This document shows, piece after piece, positions 50,407 to 59,947 of a DNA stretch of 62,462 bases (the first letter of the stretch is position 1; every line of letters begins with the position of its first letter). This stretch comes from a virus (lineage: Duplodnaviria > Caudoviricetes): IMG/VR virus record IMGVR_UViG_3300032235_001256, positions 1 to 62,462 of that record; one strand, written 5' to 3'. The notes below the pieces were generated by a model. It did no database searches, was not told the DNA's origin, and was given only the letters and a program-made list of their open reading frames with translations. The position numbers and the translations under genes were made by a program.

Positions 50407-50855
50407 GTAAATTGATCGGGATAGCTGCAGTATCGGAGAATGGCGTAATTGGTCGTGGCAACTCCCTGCCGTGGCACCTGCCAGAGGACTTGGCCTGGTT
50501 CAAATTCGTAACCCTGGGCCATACGCTTGTGATGGGTCGCGCCACCTATAATTCCATAGGCCGCCCACTTCCTGGCAGAAAAACGTATATTCTCACGAGA
50601 TCGCCATCCATCCCCTCGGAGATCAGCAGCCTGGCCGAAGCGCACTCGGACTCAGGCTTCATCTTCTTGTGCGGCGGCTCAGAGGTATATGCACAGTTTT
50701 TATTTGACTGTGACGAGTTGCTGATTACTCATGTAAAGCAAGAGGTTGACGGCGACAAGTATTTTCCTTATTTTCAACACATGTTCCATGCGACAGAAAC
50801 ACTCCGGTCAAACGATGAGTATGATATTATCAGATATGCGAGGAATCCACGATGA
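50403..50855 (+). CDS. folA: Dihydrofolate reductase
   Basis: NGVIG...LPWHLPEDL..FK, VMGR.T..SI.RPLPGR, GG..VY, GD.YFP. Confidence 0.95.
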   Translation: MSKLIGIAAVSENGVIGRGNSLPWHLPEDLAWFKFVTLGHTLVMGRATYNSIGRPLPGRKTYILTRSPSIPSEISSLAEAHSDSGFIFLCGGSEVYAQFLFDCDELLITHVKQEVDGDKYFPYFQHMFHATETLRSNDEYDIIRYARNPR

Positions 50856-51229
50856 AGCATTCTAGTGCCGCCTGGCGTTGGGGTTCTGCGGAGCATCGGG
50901 CAGAAGTCATAGCGTCCGCACTCCATTGTTTTTTTAATAAGAGCGCCTACGAGCCGGATTTGCGCGGCCTAACCAGCCGAGTGGCCGTGATCGCCGACAG
51001 CGACTTTGATGACGAGTGCATTATAATTGGAAATCTTGCAGGCTTCATTTCTTTTGAGATAAATGCAGCAAGCCCTTATGTCGGTGGTGGTGAATTCATG
51101 GATTGGGCCATGAGCAGTGCTGCCAGACTCGAAGGTCTCGCCTCTCTCGATCTTTCTCTAAAGATAACGGGACGCAACTGCGTCCCGCTAGCGATCTGCC
51201 TTATGCGCAAGAAGGGATCAGGCCTCTAG
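50852..51229 (+). CDS. Hypothetical protein
   Basis: ATGA-coupled to DHFR. Confidence 0.5.
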   Translation: MKHSSAAWRWGSAEHRAEVIASALHCFFNKSAYEPDLRGLTSRVAVIADSDFDDECIIIGNLAGFISFEINAASPYVGGGEFMDWAMSSAARLEGLASLDLSLKITGRNCVPLAICLMRKKGSGL

Positions 51230-51565
51230 TCCGCCCTCGAATGACTCAACAACGCCGGCTCCGTGTTCACGCTTAAGCTCTTCGATTTTGCTAGCGGCCG
51301 CACTGCGAGCCGCTTTTACGTTTTTGCCAATAAACCTGATCGCCGGACCCATCGGGTTCGGATTCTCCAGTTCGTGGACGGTTATTTCGCAAGCGACCAT
51401 GCCCTTCTCCCGCTTAAATGTGACATGAACCGACTTTTTTACTTCCTGTTCGGCGAGGATTAGCAGGTTAGCGGCCGCATCCATATGAGCTGCAGCGCGG
51501 AACATGCCGGCTTGGTCTAGCTGGTTGGCGAGCGCGTAGATGTTCTTTATAATAGTTTTGTTCAT
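51218..51565 (-). CDS. Small protein with the N-terminal shared helix-turn-helix module
   Basis: Start at 51565 (GGAG RBS); LANQLDQAGMFRAAAHMD; CTATTACT upstream on the minus strand. Confidence 0.65.
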   Translation of the reverse strand: MNKTIIKNIYALANQLDQAGMFRAAAHMDAAANLLILAEQEVKKSVHVTFKREKGMVACEITVHELENPNPMGPAIRFIGKNVKAARSAAASKIEELKREHGAGVVESFEGGLEA

Positions 51566-51702
51566 TTTGACTCCATGTTCTTTTACGCTGATTGTCATAA
51601 AAGTTTGCATGAATCAATTAAAGTAGTAATAGGTAGTAGGCCGTACAAGTACCCTCGCGCAGGGTTTTTTCGGCTGCGCGTGCAAGGCCCGGAGGAAGCT
51701 TG

Positions 51703-52347
51703 ATGTCAAGGATAGAGCCGGTTGTACCAAAATTCTTGGTAAAGAACATCAGCCGTAGCGACCTACTGGTACTAGATGTCATCCCAATCCGCCCCGGCCA
51801 GACTATCGATGTCTATAGGGCTGCAGAATACCACTCCGATTCCAGGGAAGTTACAAATAGAATCTTGCGCGACCTAGAGATGCCATCTGGCGATCTTTAC
51901 GTAAAGTGGAAGGTAAAGCGCAAGATCGAGATCCTAGAATTTCAGAATCCGATTTACCAGGGCAGCGGCCTGAATGCGGGCAAACTTCAAACCGCGAACA
52001 CAGGCTTTAATGGAGGGGTACTCGGCTTTGTCTCTGGCAAGATGACATGGATTAGTCCGGCGACGTCCACTAAGTCGATACGCTTTACCGATCAGGATAC
52101 AGCAATCGACTTGATCAACGACTTCACAATTCTAATCGACGCTTCTGCAGGACAGAGAATCGTGCAGGTCCCTACGCCGGATGTTAACGGCCATACTTTT
52201 AATCTAAAGAAGGTAGATGCGAGTACCAATAAAGTGGTGCTGGTTCCTGTTACAGGCTCGATTGATGGCGATGCGTCAAAGAGTCTTATTGTGGAGTGGC
52301 ACTCCATCACAATACAGAGCTGGAACGGCAACTGGTACATAGTTTGA
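51703..52347 (+). CDS. Short virion protein with the fibre-type C-terminal domain
   Basis: LKKVD...V...IDG...SITIQS.NGNWYIV. Confidence 0.65.
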   Translation: MSRIEPVVPKFLVKNISRSDLLVLDVIPIRPGQTIDVYRAAEYHSDSREVTNRILRDLEMPSGDLYVKWKVKRKIEILEFQNPIYQGSGLNAGKLQTANTGFNGGVLGFVSGKMTWISPATSTKSIRFTDQDTAIDLINDFTILIDASAGQRIVQVPTPDVNGHTFNLKKVDASTNKVVLVPVTGSIDGDASKSLIVEWHSITIQSWNGNWYIV

Positions 52348-52434
52348 TGCGTTTTGGCGTCAGCTAATAATACTATATAAATCGCAAGTCAATCAAGATA
52401 GGTAAGCAAGCAAGATTTTAACACAGGAGTCACA

Positions 52435-54912
52435 ATGACTTTTAGACCATATGCCCGTAAGGTTAGGCTTGGTGATACCGAGACCTTCCTTGATATTTCA
52501 AATCTTCCAGACGGTTACGTCCTCAGCCGCAAGGGCTCAGAGATCGTAGCTGAGCTCATCGGCCAGGACAAGCTCGGTCTTGCCTCGCCCGTAAACACCA
52601 ATGACGCGGCCACGAAGGGTTACGTTGATGGCGAGATGGCCTCCGAGGTCTCCTCCCGTATTGCTGGCGACGCCGGCGTTCAGGCCAACCTGACGTCAGA
52701 GATCTCATCCCGCGTTGCGGGCGATGCCGCTCTCCAGGTTGAGATCGACACTGAAGAGTCTGCCCGTGCTGCCGGCGACGCCGCGCTCAGCACCAGCCTC
52801 GGCAATGAGACCTCGTCCCGCGTTGCTGGCGACGCAGCCCTCGCGACCAGCCTCGGTAACGAAGCCTCGTCACGCGTTGCTGGCGATGCCACCGTACAGA
52901 CCAACCTTGACAGCGAGACCTCATCCCGCATTGCTGGTGATGGCAACCTGCAGGGTCAGATCAACAACCTACTCTCGAACGTCACCCCTGAGTCACTTGA
53001 CTCCCTCAGCGAGATCGTCTCCGCGTTCCAGGACGCTGATGGCTATCTGCTTGATGTGGTCCAGAACCTCTCGACCGGTTCGAGCTCAGCTCTTGGTCTC
53101 GAGACCTCTGCCCGCATTGCCGCTGATGGCGTTCTCCAGGGCAACGTTGACAGCGAAGCCTCGGCTCGCGCCGCCGGTGATGCCGCCCTGACCACCAGCC
53201 TCGGTGTCGAGACCTCTGCCCGTATCGCTGCTGACGCGGCCCTACAGGTCGAGATTGATACCGAAGAGTCCGCTCGTGCTGCTGGCGATGCCGCCCTCAG
53301 CACCAGCCTCGGCAACGAAGCCTCGGCCCGCGCTGCTGCCGATGCAGCCCTTCAGGTTGAGATCGACACTGAAGAGTCTGCTCGTGCTGCCGGCGATGCC
53401 GCGCTCAGCACCAGCCTTGGCAACGAGACCTCAGCCCGTGTAGCTGCCGATGCCGCTCTCCAGGTCGAGATCGACACGGAAGAGTCTGCCCGCGCTGCTG
53501 GCGACGCTGCTCTCACGACCAGCCTCGGCAATGAGACCTCGGCCCGTGTAGCTGCCGACGCAGCTCTCCAGGTTGAAGTTGACACCGAGGAGTCTGCTCG
53601 TGCCGCTGGCGATGCCGCCCTCCAGGTCGAGATCGACACTGAGGAGTCGGCCCGCGCTGCTGCCGACGCTGCTCTGCAGGTCGAGATTGATACCGAAGAG
53701 TCAGCTCGCGCTGCGGGTGATGCTGCCCTCAGCACCAGCCTCGGCAACGAGACATCGGCCCGTGTAGCTGCTGACGCCGCTCTCCAGGTCGAAATCGACA
53801 CCGAAGAGTCGGCCCGCGCTGCGGGTGACGCTGCTCTCACGACCAGCCTCGGCAACGAGACCTCGGCTCGTGTGGCTGCCGATGGCGTTCTCCAGGGCAA
53901 CGTTGACAGCGAGGCCTCATCCCGCATTGCTGGCGACAGCAACCTGCAGGGTCAGATCAACAACCTGCTCTCGAACGTTGATCCGGCGTCCCTCGACTCG
54001 CTCAGCGAGATTGTCTCCGCGTTCCAGGACGCTGATGGCTATCTACTTGACGTAGTCCAGAACCTCTCAACCGGCTCAAGCTCGGCTCTTGGTCTCGAGA
54101 CCTCGGCCCGCATTGCCGCTGATGGCGTTCTCCAAGGCAACGTTGACAGCGAAGTCTCGGCTCGCATTGCCGGTGACGCTGCTCTCACGACCAGCCTTGG
54201 CGGTGAGACCTCCGCCCGTATCGCCGCTGACGCGGCCCTACAGGTCGAGATTGATGCCGAAGAGTCAGCTCGCGCTGCAGGTGATGCTGCTCTCAGCACC
54301 AGCCTCGGTAACGAGACATCGGCCCGTGTAGCTGCGGATGCTGCTCTGCAGGTTGAGATTGACACGGAAGAGTCTGCCCGTGCTGCCGGCGATGCCGCGC
54401 TCACGACCAGCCTCGGTGTCGAGACCTCGGCTCGCGTAGCTGCTGATGGCGTCCTCCAGGGCAACATCGACAGCGAAGTCTCGGCTCGCATTGCCGGTGA
54501 CGCTGCTCTCACGACCAGCCTCGGTACCGAAGCTTCGGCCCGCGCTGCTGCCGATGTCACTCTCACGAACAACCTGAACAGTGAGATCTCGGCTCGCATT
54601 GCTGGTGATATCGCCACCCGTCTCCTGGCGGTTCGCGAAGTCACTGCGAGCGGCGCGATCAACGCCAGCGATGACCTCGTGCTCATCAACGGCACCGGCA
54701 GCACGGTCGTTACCCTGCCAACCGCAGTCGGTAACTCCGGCAAGAAGATTATCGTCAAGAAGATCGATAACGCTGTCAGTGGGCCAAATGATGCGGACAC
54801 TGTCGCTGCCGCCAGCGGCGAGCAGATTGATGGTGGCTCAGAAGTCAAGATCTATCTGCAGTACGAAGCGGTTACGCTCGTTTCGAACGGCGCCAAGTGG
54901 CTGATCGTCTGA
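52435..54912 (+). CDS. Coiled-coil fibre protein, paralogue of 15172
   Basis: Same N-terminal anchor, 18-aa repeats and C-terminal domain. Confidence 0.8.
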   Translation: MTFRPYARKVRLGDTETFLDISNLPDGYVLSRKGSEIVAELIGQDKLGLASPVNTNDAATKGYVDGEMASEVSSRIAGDAGVQANLTSEISSRVAGDAALQVEIDTEESARAAGDAALSTSLGNETSSRVAGDAALATSLGNEASSRVAGDATVQTNLDSETSSRIAGDGNLQGQINNLLSNVTPESLDSLSEIVSAFQDADGYLLDVVQNLSTGSSSALGLETSARIAADGVLQGNVDSEASARAAGDAALTTSLGVETSARIAADAALQVEIDTEESARAAGDAALSTSLGNEASARAAADAALQVEIDTEESARAAGDAALSTSLGNETSARVAADAALQVEIDTEESARAAGDAALTTSLGNETSARVAADAALQVEVDTEESARAAGDAALQVEIDTEESARAAADAALQVEIDTEESARAAGDAALSTSLGNETSARVAADAALQVEIDTEESARAAGDAALTTSLGNETSARVAADGVLQGNVDSEASSRIAGDSNLQGQINNLLSNVDPASLDSLSEIVSAFQDADGYLLDVVQNLSTGSSSALGLETSARIAADGVLQGNVDSEVSARIAGDAALTTSLGGETSARIAADAALQVEIDAEESARAAGDAALSTSLGNETSARVAADAALQVEIDTEESARAAGDAALTTSLGVETSARVAADGVLQGNIDSEVSARIAGDAALTTSLGTEASARAAADVTLTNNLNSEISARIAGDIATRLLAVREVTASGAINASDDLVLINGTGSTVVTLPTAVGNSGKKIIVKKIDNAVSGPNDADTVAAASGEQIDGGSEVKIYLQYEAVTLVSNGAKWLIV

Positions 54913-54932
54913 TCTAGTTTAGATGCCTACGG

Positions 54933-54966
54933 AGACCGCCTGGTGACCCCGGGCGGTTTTTGTTTT
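54933..54966 (+). terminator. Intrinsic terminator
   Basis: accgcctgg-tgacc-ccgggcggt followed by a T tract. Confidence 0.8.
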
Positions 54967-55074
54967 GTCGAATAACTAGATGTAACAAGCAGCTAAATGA
55001 TTCAATAATCAAGAAGTTTGTGCTGGTCCGCCTCAGGCTGTGCGGCGATTATATCAAGAGACAGGGGTTTCTGC

Positions 55075-55905
55075 ATGACATTTTACCCGTTTGCCCTAAA
55101 GCTTAAAGCTAATGACAGCGAAGAACTTCTAGAGCTCACCGCGCTGAAGAATGACGAGATGCTAGTCAAGATAGGCGACTCGATTACATCTTCACTTATT
55201 TCAGCTGATCAGATAAACAATATAAACTTTCCATCTCCAATAATCCCGACGCAGATTGCAAACAAGCAGTACGTTGATGACGCGGCAGCCAGTGTTCTTG
55301 CCAGTGTATCGCTCGATGACCAGGCTTTTCTAAGACTAGACGGCTCCCGCCCTATGCTTGGCAATCTGTCGATGGATGGCTATTCCGTAACAGGCCTAAG
55401 AGAGCCCTCCGCTCTCGCAGATGCAGCTACCAAGAATTATGTAGACTCTACCCTATCTGCTGTTATAGATGGCCTGTCTTTTGCCGATCTCGGCTTCTTC
55501 ATGACTGACGGCTCTAGGCCGATGTCAGGGCATATTGATGCCGATGGCTATCTGATAACAAATCTCCAAAGCCCGATCAATGCTCGGGACGCTGCGACCA
55601 AGGAGTACGTCGATTCGCTATCTAGGTTGGCGGTTGTGACCACTACAACTAACTACGAGATAAAGCTATCAGACAGAATTGTGCTCGGAGATGCCTCGGC
55701 CCAGCCCGTGTTCCTTGATCTGCCGTCTGCAGCCGGTCAGGCCGGCTTGCTGTTCAATATAAAGCGAATTTCTCCAGGCGATAATGATCTTTTTGTTCGC
55801 GCCGCGCCCGGTGAGACTCTGGATGGCGAGAGCGTTATTTCGCTGCTGCTTCAATGGGAGTCGATGACGGTCGTATCCAACGGAGCGAATTGGTACATAA
55901 TGTAA
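55075..55905 (+). CDS. Short fibre protein
   Basis: ATG at 55075 (MTFYPF); DGSRPM.G...DAATK.YVD twice; shared C-terminal domain. Confidence 0.75.
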   Translation: MTFYPFALKLKANDSEELLELTALKNDEMLVKIGDSITSSLISADQINNINFPSPIIPTQIANKQYVDDAAASVLASVSLDDQAFLRLDGSRPMLGNLSMDGYSVTGLREPSALADAATKNYVDSTLSAVIDGLSFADLGFFMTDGSRPMSGHIDADGYLITNLQSPINARDAATKEYVDSLSRLAVVTTTTNYEIKLSDRIVLGDASAQPVFLDLPSAAGQAGLLFNIKRISPGDNDLFVRAAPGETLDGESVISLLLQWESMTVVSNGANWYIM

Positions 55906-55913
55906 AAAAGAAT

Positions 55914-55939
55914 TAAAACCGCTGCAGCTAGCGGTTTTA
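55914..55939. terminator. Bidirectional terminator
   Basis: taaaaccgct-gcagct-agcggtttta. Confidence 0.75.
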
Positions 55940-55992
55940 TATCTATTGCGATGTAGTTCTTAGCAGCGCTATTCCTGCCAGAGGTGCGTAGG

Positions 55993-56799
55993 ATGAAGAG
56001 AGTTAACGTGGCACTTGCTGGCTCCGGTCAACTTTACCCTGCCTTTGTTGGCGCTCTAATATGCCTAAAAGAAAGAGGCATCGAGATAGTAGAAATAAGT
56101 GGAACATCTGGTGGCGCCATCATTGCTGCCGCGATATCCGCTGGTCTCGACCCCAAGGTCGACATTGCCGCCCTCGTCAAAGCAACCTTGCCTGTCAAGA
56201 GTAAGCTTTTTGATTTTTCTCTGCGCTCTATTCTGTGTAGGTGGGGCCTTATTCGCGGCAATAAAATAGAGAATAAGTTTAACCAATATCTTCATAAGAC
56301 ACTGGGAGAGTCCAGGATTCCGCTCCACATCACTGCCTCTAATATATCAGCTCGAAAGCTCAGGATATTCAGCTCTGCTTCCGATCCAGGTTTTAGCACT
56401 GCAAGGGCTATAAGGGCGTCGATATCGTTGCCGTTTATATTTGAGCCGGTTGTTATAGATGGCGATCTCTATGTGGATGGTGGCTGGATGAAGAATATGC
56501 CATCAGATGTGTTCTCTAACGGTCTTCCTGTCCTAGCTTTTAAGACAACTCCGCATTCCGGCATTGTAACAGGCATAACTGCGCTAAAGAACTATCTTGT
56601 TGCCCTTTTTGAGTCAGTCATAGATGGCGACAGAGCACATCGGCACCAGGAGTACATCTACAAAATACATATCCCAACGCGCTTCAATCCTCTGAATTTC
56701 AATGTAAATGAGGTCGAAGTAGATTTTATGATCCAAGAGGGTTATCGGGCTGCGTCCGAGTGGTTGGAAATGAATGAAGAAAAAATCTTCACAATGTGA
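55993..56799 (+). CDS. Patatin-like phospholipase
   Basis: LAGSG, GTSGG, AS.S.P..F.P, DGG. Confidence 0.9.
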   Translation: MKRVNVALAGSGQLYPAFVGALICLKERGIEIVEISGTSGGAIIAAAISAGLDPKVDIAALVKATLPVKSKLFDFSLRSILCRWGLIRGNKIENKFNQYLHKTLGESRIPLHITASNISARKLRIFSSASDPGFSTARAIRASISLPFIFEPVVIDGDLYVDGGWMKNMPSDVFSNGLPVLAFKTTPHSGIVTGITALKNYLVALFESVIDGDRAHRHQEYIYKIHIPTRFNPLNFNVNEVEVDFMIQEGYRAASEWLEMNEEKIFTM

Positions 56800-57061
56800 G
56801 ATCTGCGGAACAACGGAGAAGGCCGCCCTTCATGTGCACCATATAGTCCCCAGATGTGACCCAAGGTGTACTAACTCAAATGAAAACTTGGTTACAGTCT
56901 GTGCAAGCTGCCATCAGCTGATACACAAATCCGCCATAGTATGCGAGGGCTGGTTTGCGACTTCTGCAGGTCGGAAATTCTTCTGGCACAGGAGCGGCGA
57001 AGCACATGTTATTCGCGAGGGGATTATATTCCTAGAGGATGGCAAGGTCGAAATCAGGTGA
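56774..57061 (+). CDS. Small HNH endonuclease
   Basis: CEIC...HVHHI...N...NL..VC.SCH..IH. Confidence 0.85.
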   Translation: MKKKSSQCEICGTTEKAALHVHHIVPRCDPRCTNSNENLVTVCASCHQLIHKSAIVCEGWFATSAGRKFFWHRSGEAHVIREGIIFLEDGKVEIR

Positions 57062-57196
57062 CATCGCTGGGCGATAAAGCACAGCGAGGCAGATAAAATA
57101 GCAATAGTAAAGGTGTAATTGCAAGCCGTCACCTGTAGTGGCTACACCTTCATGCTAACTCAGTGACGTCGAACAACAGAAAGAGAGAGGAAGAAA

Positions 57197-57484
57197 ATGG
57201 AAGACAATACCAAAAATCTAGTTGAGCGGTTTCTTGAGCGTGCTGATCGAGATGTGGCTGAGAACAGTGTCGCAGCGCGCTTGGTAAACGGCAAGCAGCA
57301 GCTTGATGAGGCCTCTGCTGCGCTGCAGCGCCTACGAGAAGAGCATCAGAAGCTGGAGCAGCGATTCGTTGGTCTCTCGCACCAGGTCAAGGCCATGGTT
57401 GATCTAGCGACTGAACTCCAGGCCCGCCATGAGGAGACCTCTGGTCGCAGCGCTGCGATGCCCGCCTCACCAGAGCCGGGTTGA
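57197..57484 (+). CDS. Coiled-coil hypothetical protein
   Basis: Strong GAGG RBS. Confidence 0.65.
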   Translation: MEDNTKNLVERFLERADRDVAENSVAARLVNGKQQLDEASAALQRLREEHQKLEQRFVGLSHQVKAMVDLATELQARHEETSGRSAAMPASPEPG

Positions 57485-57517
57485 TTTAATTCTAATTCAT
57501 TAAGACTGGGTGAGTAA

Positions 57518-57781
57518 ATGAAGTACACCGGAGAAGTTGTCAAGTTCAAGGATAGACAGGGCAGCTTCGGTTTCATCAGAACGGATGGGCCGAGTCCCAC
57601 TGACATATTCTTTTACTATAAGTATCTGCTAATGCCGGGCTACAAGACGGTTTCTCCGGGTACTCGTGTGGAATTCGAACTCGGCGAGAATCATCGCGGC
57701 AAGATGGCGATCAAAATTCGCATCGTCAGCCTGCCCGATGGTTCGATTCCCGAGTATAGCCTGCAAGAAGATTCTGAATAA
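57518..57781 (+). CDS. Cold-shock domain protein
   Basis: GEVVKF...FGFI...DIFF.Y...GYKT...G.RVEFE. Confidence 0.9.
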   Translation: MKYTGEVVKFKDRQGSFGFIRTDGPSPTDIFFYYKYLLMPGYKTVSPGTRVEFELGENHRGKMAIKIRIVSLPDGSIPEYSLQEDSE

Positions 57782-57782
57782 G

Positions 57783-58235
57783 ATGACCACTCATGCACCG
57801 CGGCTGAACAGGCCCGTATTCCTCTATAACCCTACCCCAAAGCCTGTTCACGTCAAAGACCTTGACCTCAAGGTAAAGCCAGGCGAGACGGTTGATGCGT
57901 TTGCGTATAGCAAACACATGACAGAAGCTCGCCTGCTGCTTTCTGCTGAGCGCGGCAATCTAAAGGAGGCCCTATCTTCGGGCCTTCTGATTCTGACCGA
58001 CTCAAACAACAAAAGCACGCCTCCTGCTGTGAGATTTACAGAGTCCCGCCGTCCGATTTCGCGCCGACAGTTGCTTGCCCCACTTTCAAAAGAGAGCTCT
58101 TCTAATTTTATTGACAGGCTCCAGCAAGACTTCGGAGACCGGGTGTTGACCGCCCCCGAACAAGAGATTGCAAAAAACACTGAGAAATTAATCAACTCCG
58201 TGGACTTCGACGGGTTTGACGACCCACTGGAATAA
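57783..58235 (+). CDS. Hypothetical protein
   Basis: ATG at 57783; ...KVKPGETVD resembles IRPGQTID in 51703. Confidence 0.6.
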   Translation: MTTHAPRLNRPVFLYNPTPKPVHVKDLDLKVKPGETVDAFAYSKHMTEARLLLSAERGNLKEALSSGLLILTDSNNKSTPPAVRFTESRRPISRRQLLAPLSKESSSNFIDRLQQDFGDRVLTAPEQEIAKNTEKLINSVDFDGFDDPLE

Positions 58236-58291
58236 TTCACTATTATTTGGTAAGCATAGGTTAGCTAGCTAATCGAATAATTGGTGACGTC

Positions 58292-59179
58292 TTGAGTCAA
58301 ATCTTTTACAAGAGAGCAGCCATCCCTCCGGGCGGAGTGATTCGGCTGGAGGTCCAGTTTCGCGACTCTGCTGGTTTGGCTCGCGATACCGACCAGTTTC
58401 CGCAGATAGAGATTGCCAATAGCGATGGCGTCATTGTCCATCCGGCCTCTAGTTATGGTGTTCGCCGGCTGGCCGAGGGGCGATACAGGCTGCAATATAC
58501 TGTTCCAGATGGCTATGCTGATGGCGTGTGGCGAGACACTTGGTCTGCTACCCTCGACGGTTTTGCTAATATAGCAAATTTCGACTTCAATGTGCTTAGT
58601 CAGGGCACGATCACTGCCACGGGCGACACGGTCACGACCCCAGAGATGAAGATCGGGGATGTGCCCAAGATCAACTTTACCCAACAGGAGATCTATGGCA
58701 TCAACATTCTGATGCAAAAGCTGCGCTTTCGTCTCAGGAATACTCAGCGCAAGCCAGACGGATCACGTTGCGACATCTTGTCCATAGATGACATGGAGTC
58801 GTTCATATGGCTTGCTCTTAGTGAGTTTAATGCGACGCCGACCTTCACGTCCTATACGACTGCAGACCCATCGATTTATACGATATTTTCGGATCTTATC
58901 GTAGAAGGCGCATATTTAAAAGCGCTACCCAGCCTTATCCCAGCCGAAGCTGGTCGTGAATGGGTTGTAACAGACGATGGTATCTCTGTGACGCCTGCAT
59001 CTGTAAGCTCTGCTCTATCAAACATAATGTCAGCCCTGTATTCCGAGTATCGAGCGAAGCTTAAAGAAGCAAAGAGAAATCACCGTCCTGCTCCGCTCGG
59101 CATGGGTGCTGGCCAGCTTGCGGTCGCTCACCCGACATTTAGGCGCCTGCGCAACATTCGTTATACCGGTCAGTTCTAG
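58292..59179 (+). CDS. Head-tail adaptor/neck protein with an N-terminal Ig-like domain
   Basis: GRY...YTVP...G.W.D.W; ALSEFN.TP..T; ..TDDGIS..P; position after the MCP. Confidence 0.65.
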   Translation: MSQIFYKRAAIPPGGVIRLEVQFRDSAGLARDTDQFPQIEIANSDGVIVHPASSYGVRRLAEGRYRLQYTVPDGYADGVWRDTWSATLDGFANIANFDFNVLSQGTITATGDTVTTPEMKIGDVPKINFTQQEIYGINILMQKLRFRLRNTQRKPDGSRCDILSIDDMESFIWLALSEFNATPTFTSYTTADPSIYTIFSDLIVEGAYLKALPSLIPAEAGREWVVTDDGISVTPASVSSALSNIMSALYSEYRAKLKEAKRNHRPAPLGMGAGQLAVAHPTFRRLRNIRYTGQF

Positions 59180-59188
59180 GAGTTAAAA

Positions 59189-59458
59189 ATGGCAATTGTA
59201 CAAACAGGAGATCTAAATCACCAGCATTTTTCTGCATCCGCAGGGGACACAGTGGTTTTTACGAGGCCAATTGTTAATGTGATCATCAACGTACCAACGG
59301 GTGCAGCAGTTACGGTAGACTTTGACGGCTCTGCCGAGCTTGCAGGCGCGCTTCCGATGGATCTGGCAGTGGGCACGCATCAGTTTATTAATATTTTGGT
59401 AAAGAAGATAGTGGTCGCAGGTAGCGGTAGCATAACTGGTGTTGGAGTTTGTACCTAA
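59189..59458 (+). CDS. Small beta-rich virion protein
   Basis: GGAG RBS; amino-acid composition. Confidence 0.55.
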   Translation: MAIVQTGDLNHQHFSASAGDTVVFTRPIVNVIINVPTGAAVTVDFDGSAELAGALPMDLAVGTHQFINILVKKIVVAGSGSITGVGVCT

Positions 59459-59934
59459 TGAGCCTAGATCCCGGTGCAATAGTAACAAGCCTGCTCTCTG
59501 TAGAGAACGGAATTCTGGCCGGCGGCTGGGTTCTGGCAGGCTATTTGCTATTTAAGCTTTTCTCTAAAAAGGAGGCGCAGGAAACTGCGCTAGAAGCTGC
59601 GCAACGGGAACATGCCATAGAGCTCAGGACAGTGCGCGAGTCGCACGCCGAGGAGCTAAAACAAATGCGTCTGGCACATGCCGAAGAAATCAAAAGTATG
59701 CGCGATGCGCATGACAAGCGCATGGCAGAAACCGAAGATGAACTCGGCGAGCAGCTGCGCGAGGCTACTACACATATAGCAGACCTACATTCGGCACACG
59801 TTCAGGTTATAACCCAGATGGCGGACAAGCGCATCGAAGACCTGAAATCCGTGACCGAAGACTATAATGCCATGGTAGAATCCGTTAGACTAGCTCTTGA
59901 GAAAATCGCCCTGGGCTTAGGCCGAAAGCGATAA
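59458..59934 (+). CDS. Single-TM coiled-coil protein (holin-like or membrane protein)
   Basis: GILAGGWVLAGYLLFKLF followed by 11-aa H..E repeats. Confidence 0.55.
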   Translation: MSLDPGAIVTSLLSVENGILAGGWVLAGYLLFKLFSKKEAQETALEAAQREHAIELRTVRESHAEELKQMRLAHAEEIKSMRDAHDKRMAETEDELGEQLREATTHIADLHSAHVQVITQMADKRIEDLKSVTEDYNAMVESVRLALEKIALGLGRKR

Positions 59935-59947
59935 GCGAGGATTGTTT

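Noticed and set aside
15380-54612. Fibre repeats as DGR template/variable pairs
   Set aside because: Both copies are coding, differences are synonymous rather than adenine-specific, and no reverse transcriptase is present.
57062-57196. tRNA or other known ncRNA in intergenic gaps
   Set aside because: No cloverleaf or T-arm consensus was found by eye; only an imperfect hairpin. tRNAscan-SE and Infernal would be decisive.
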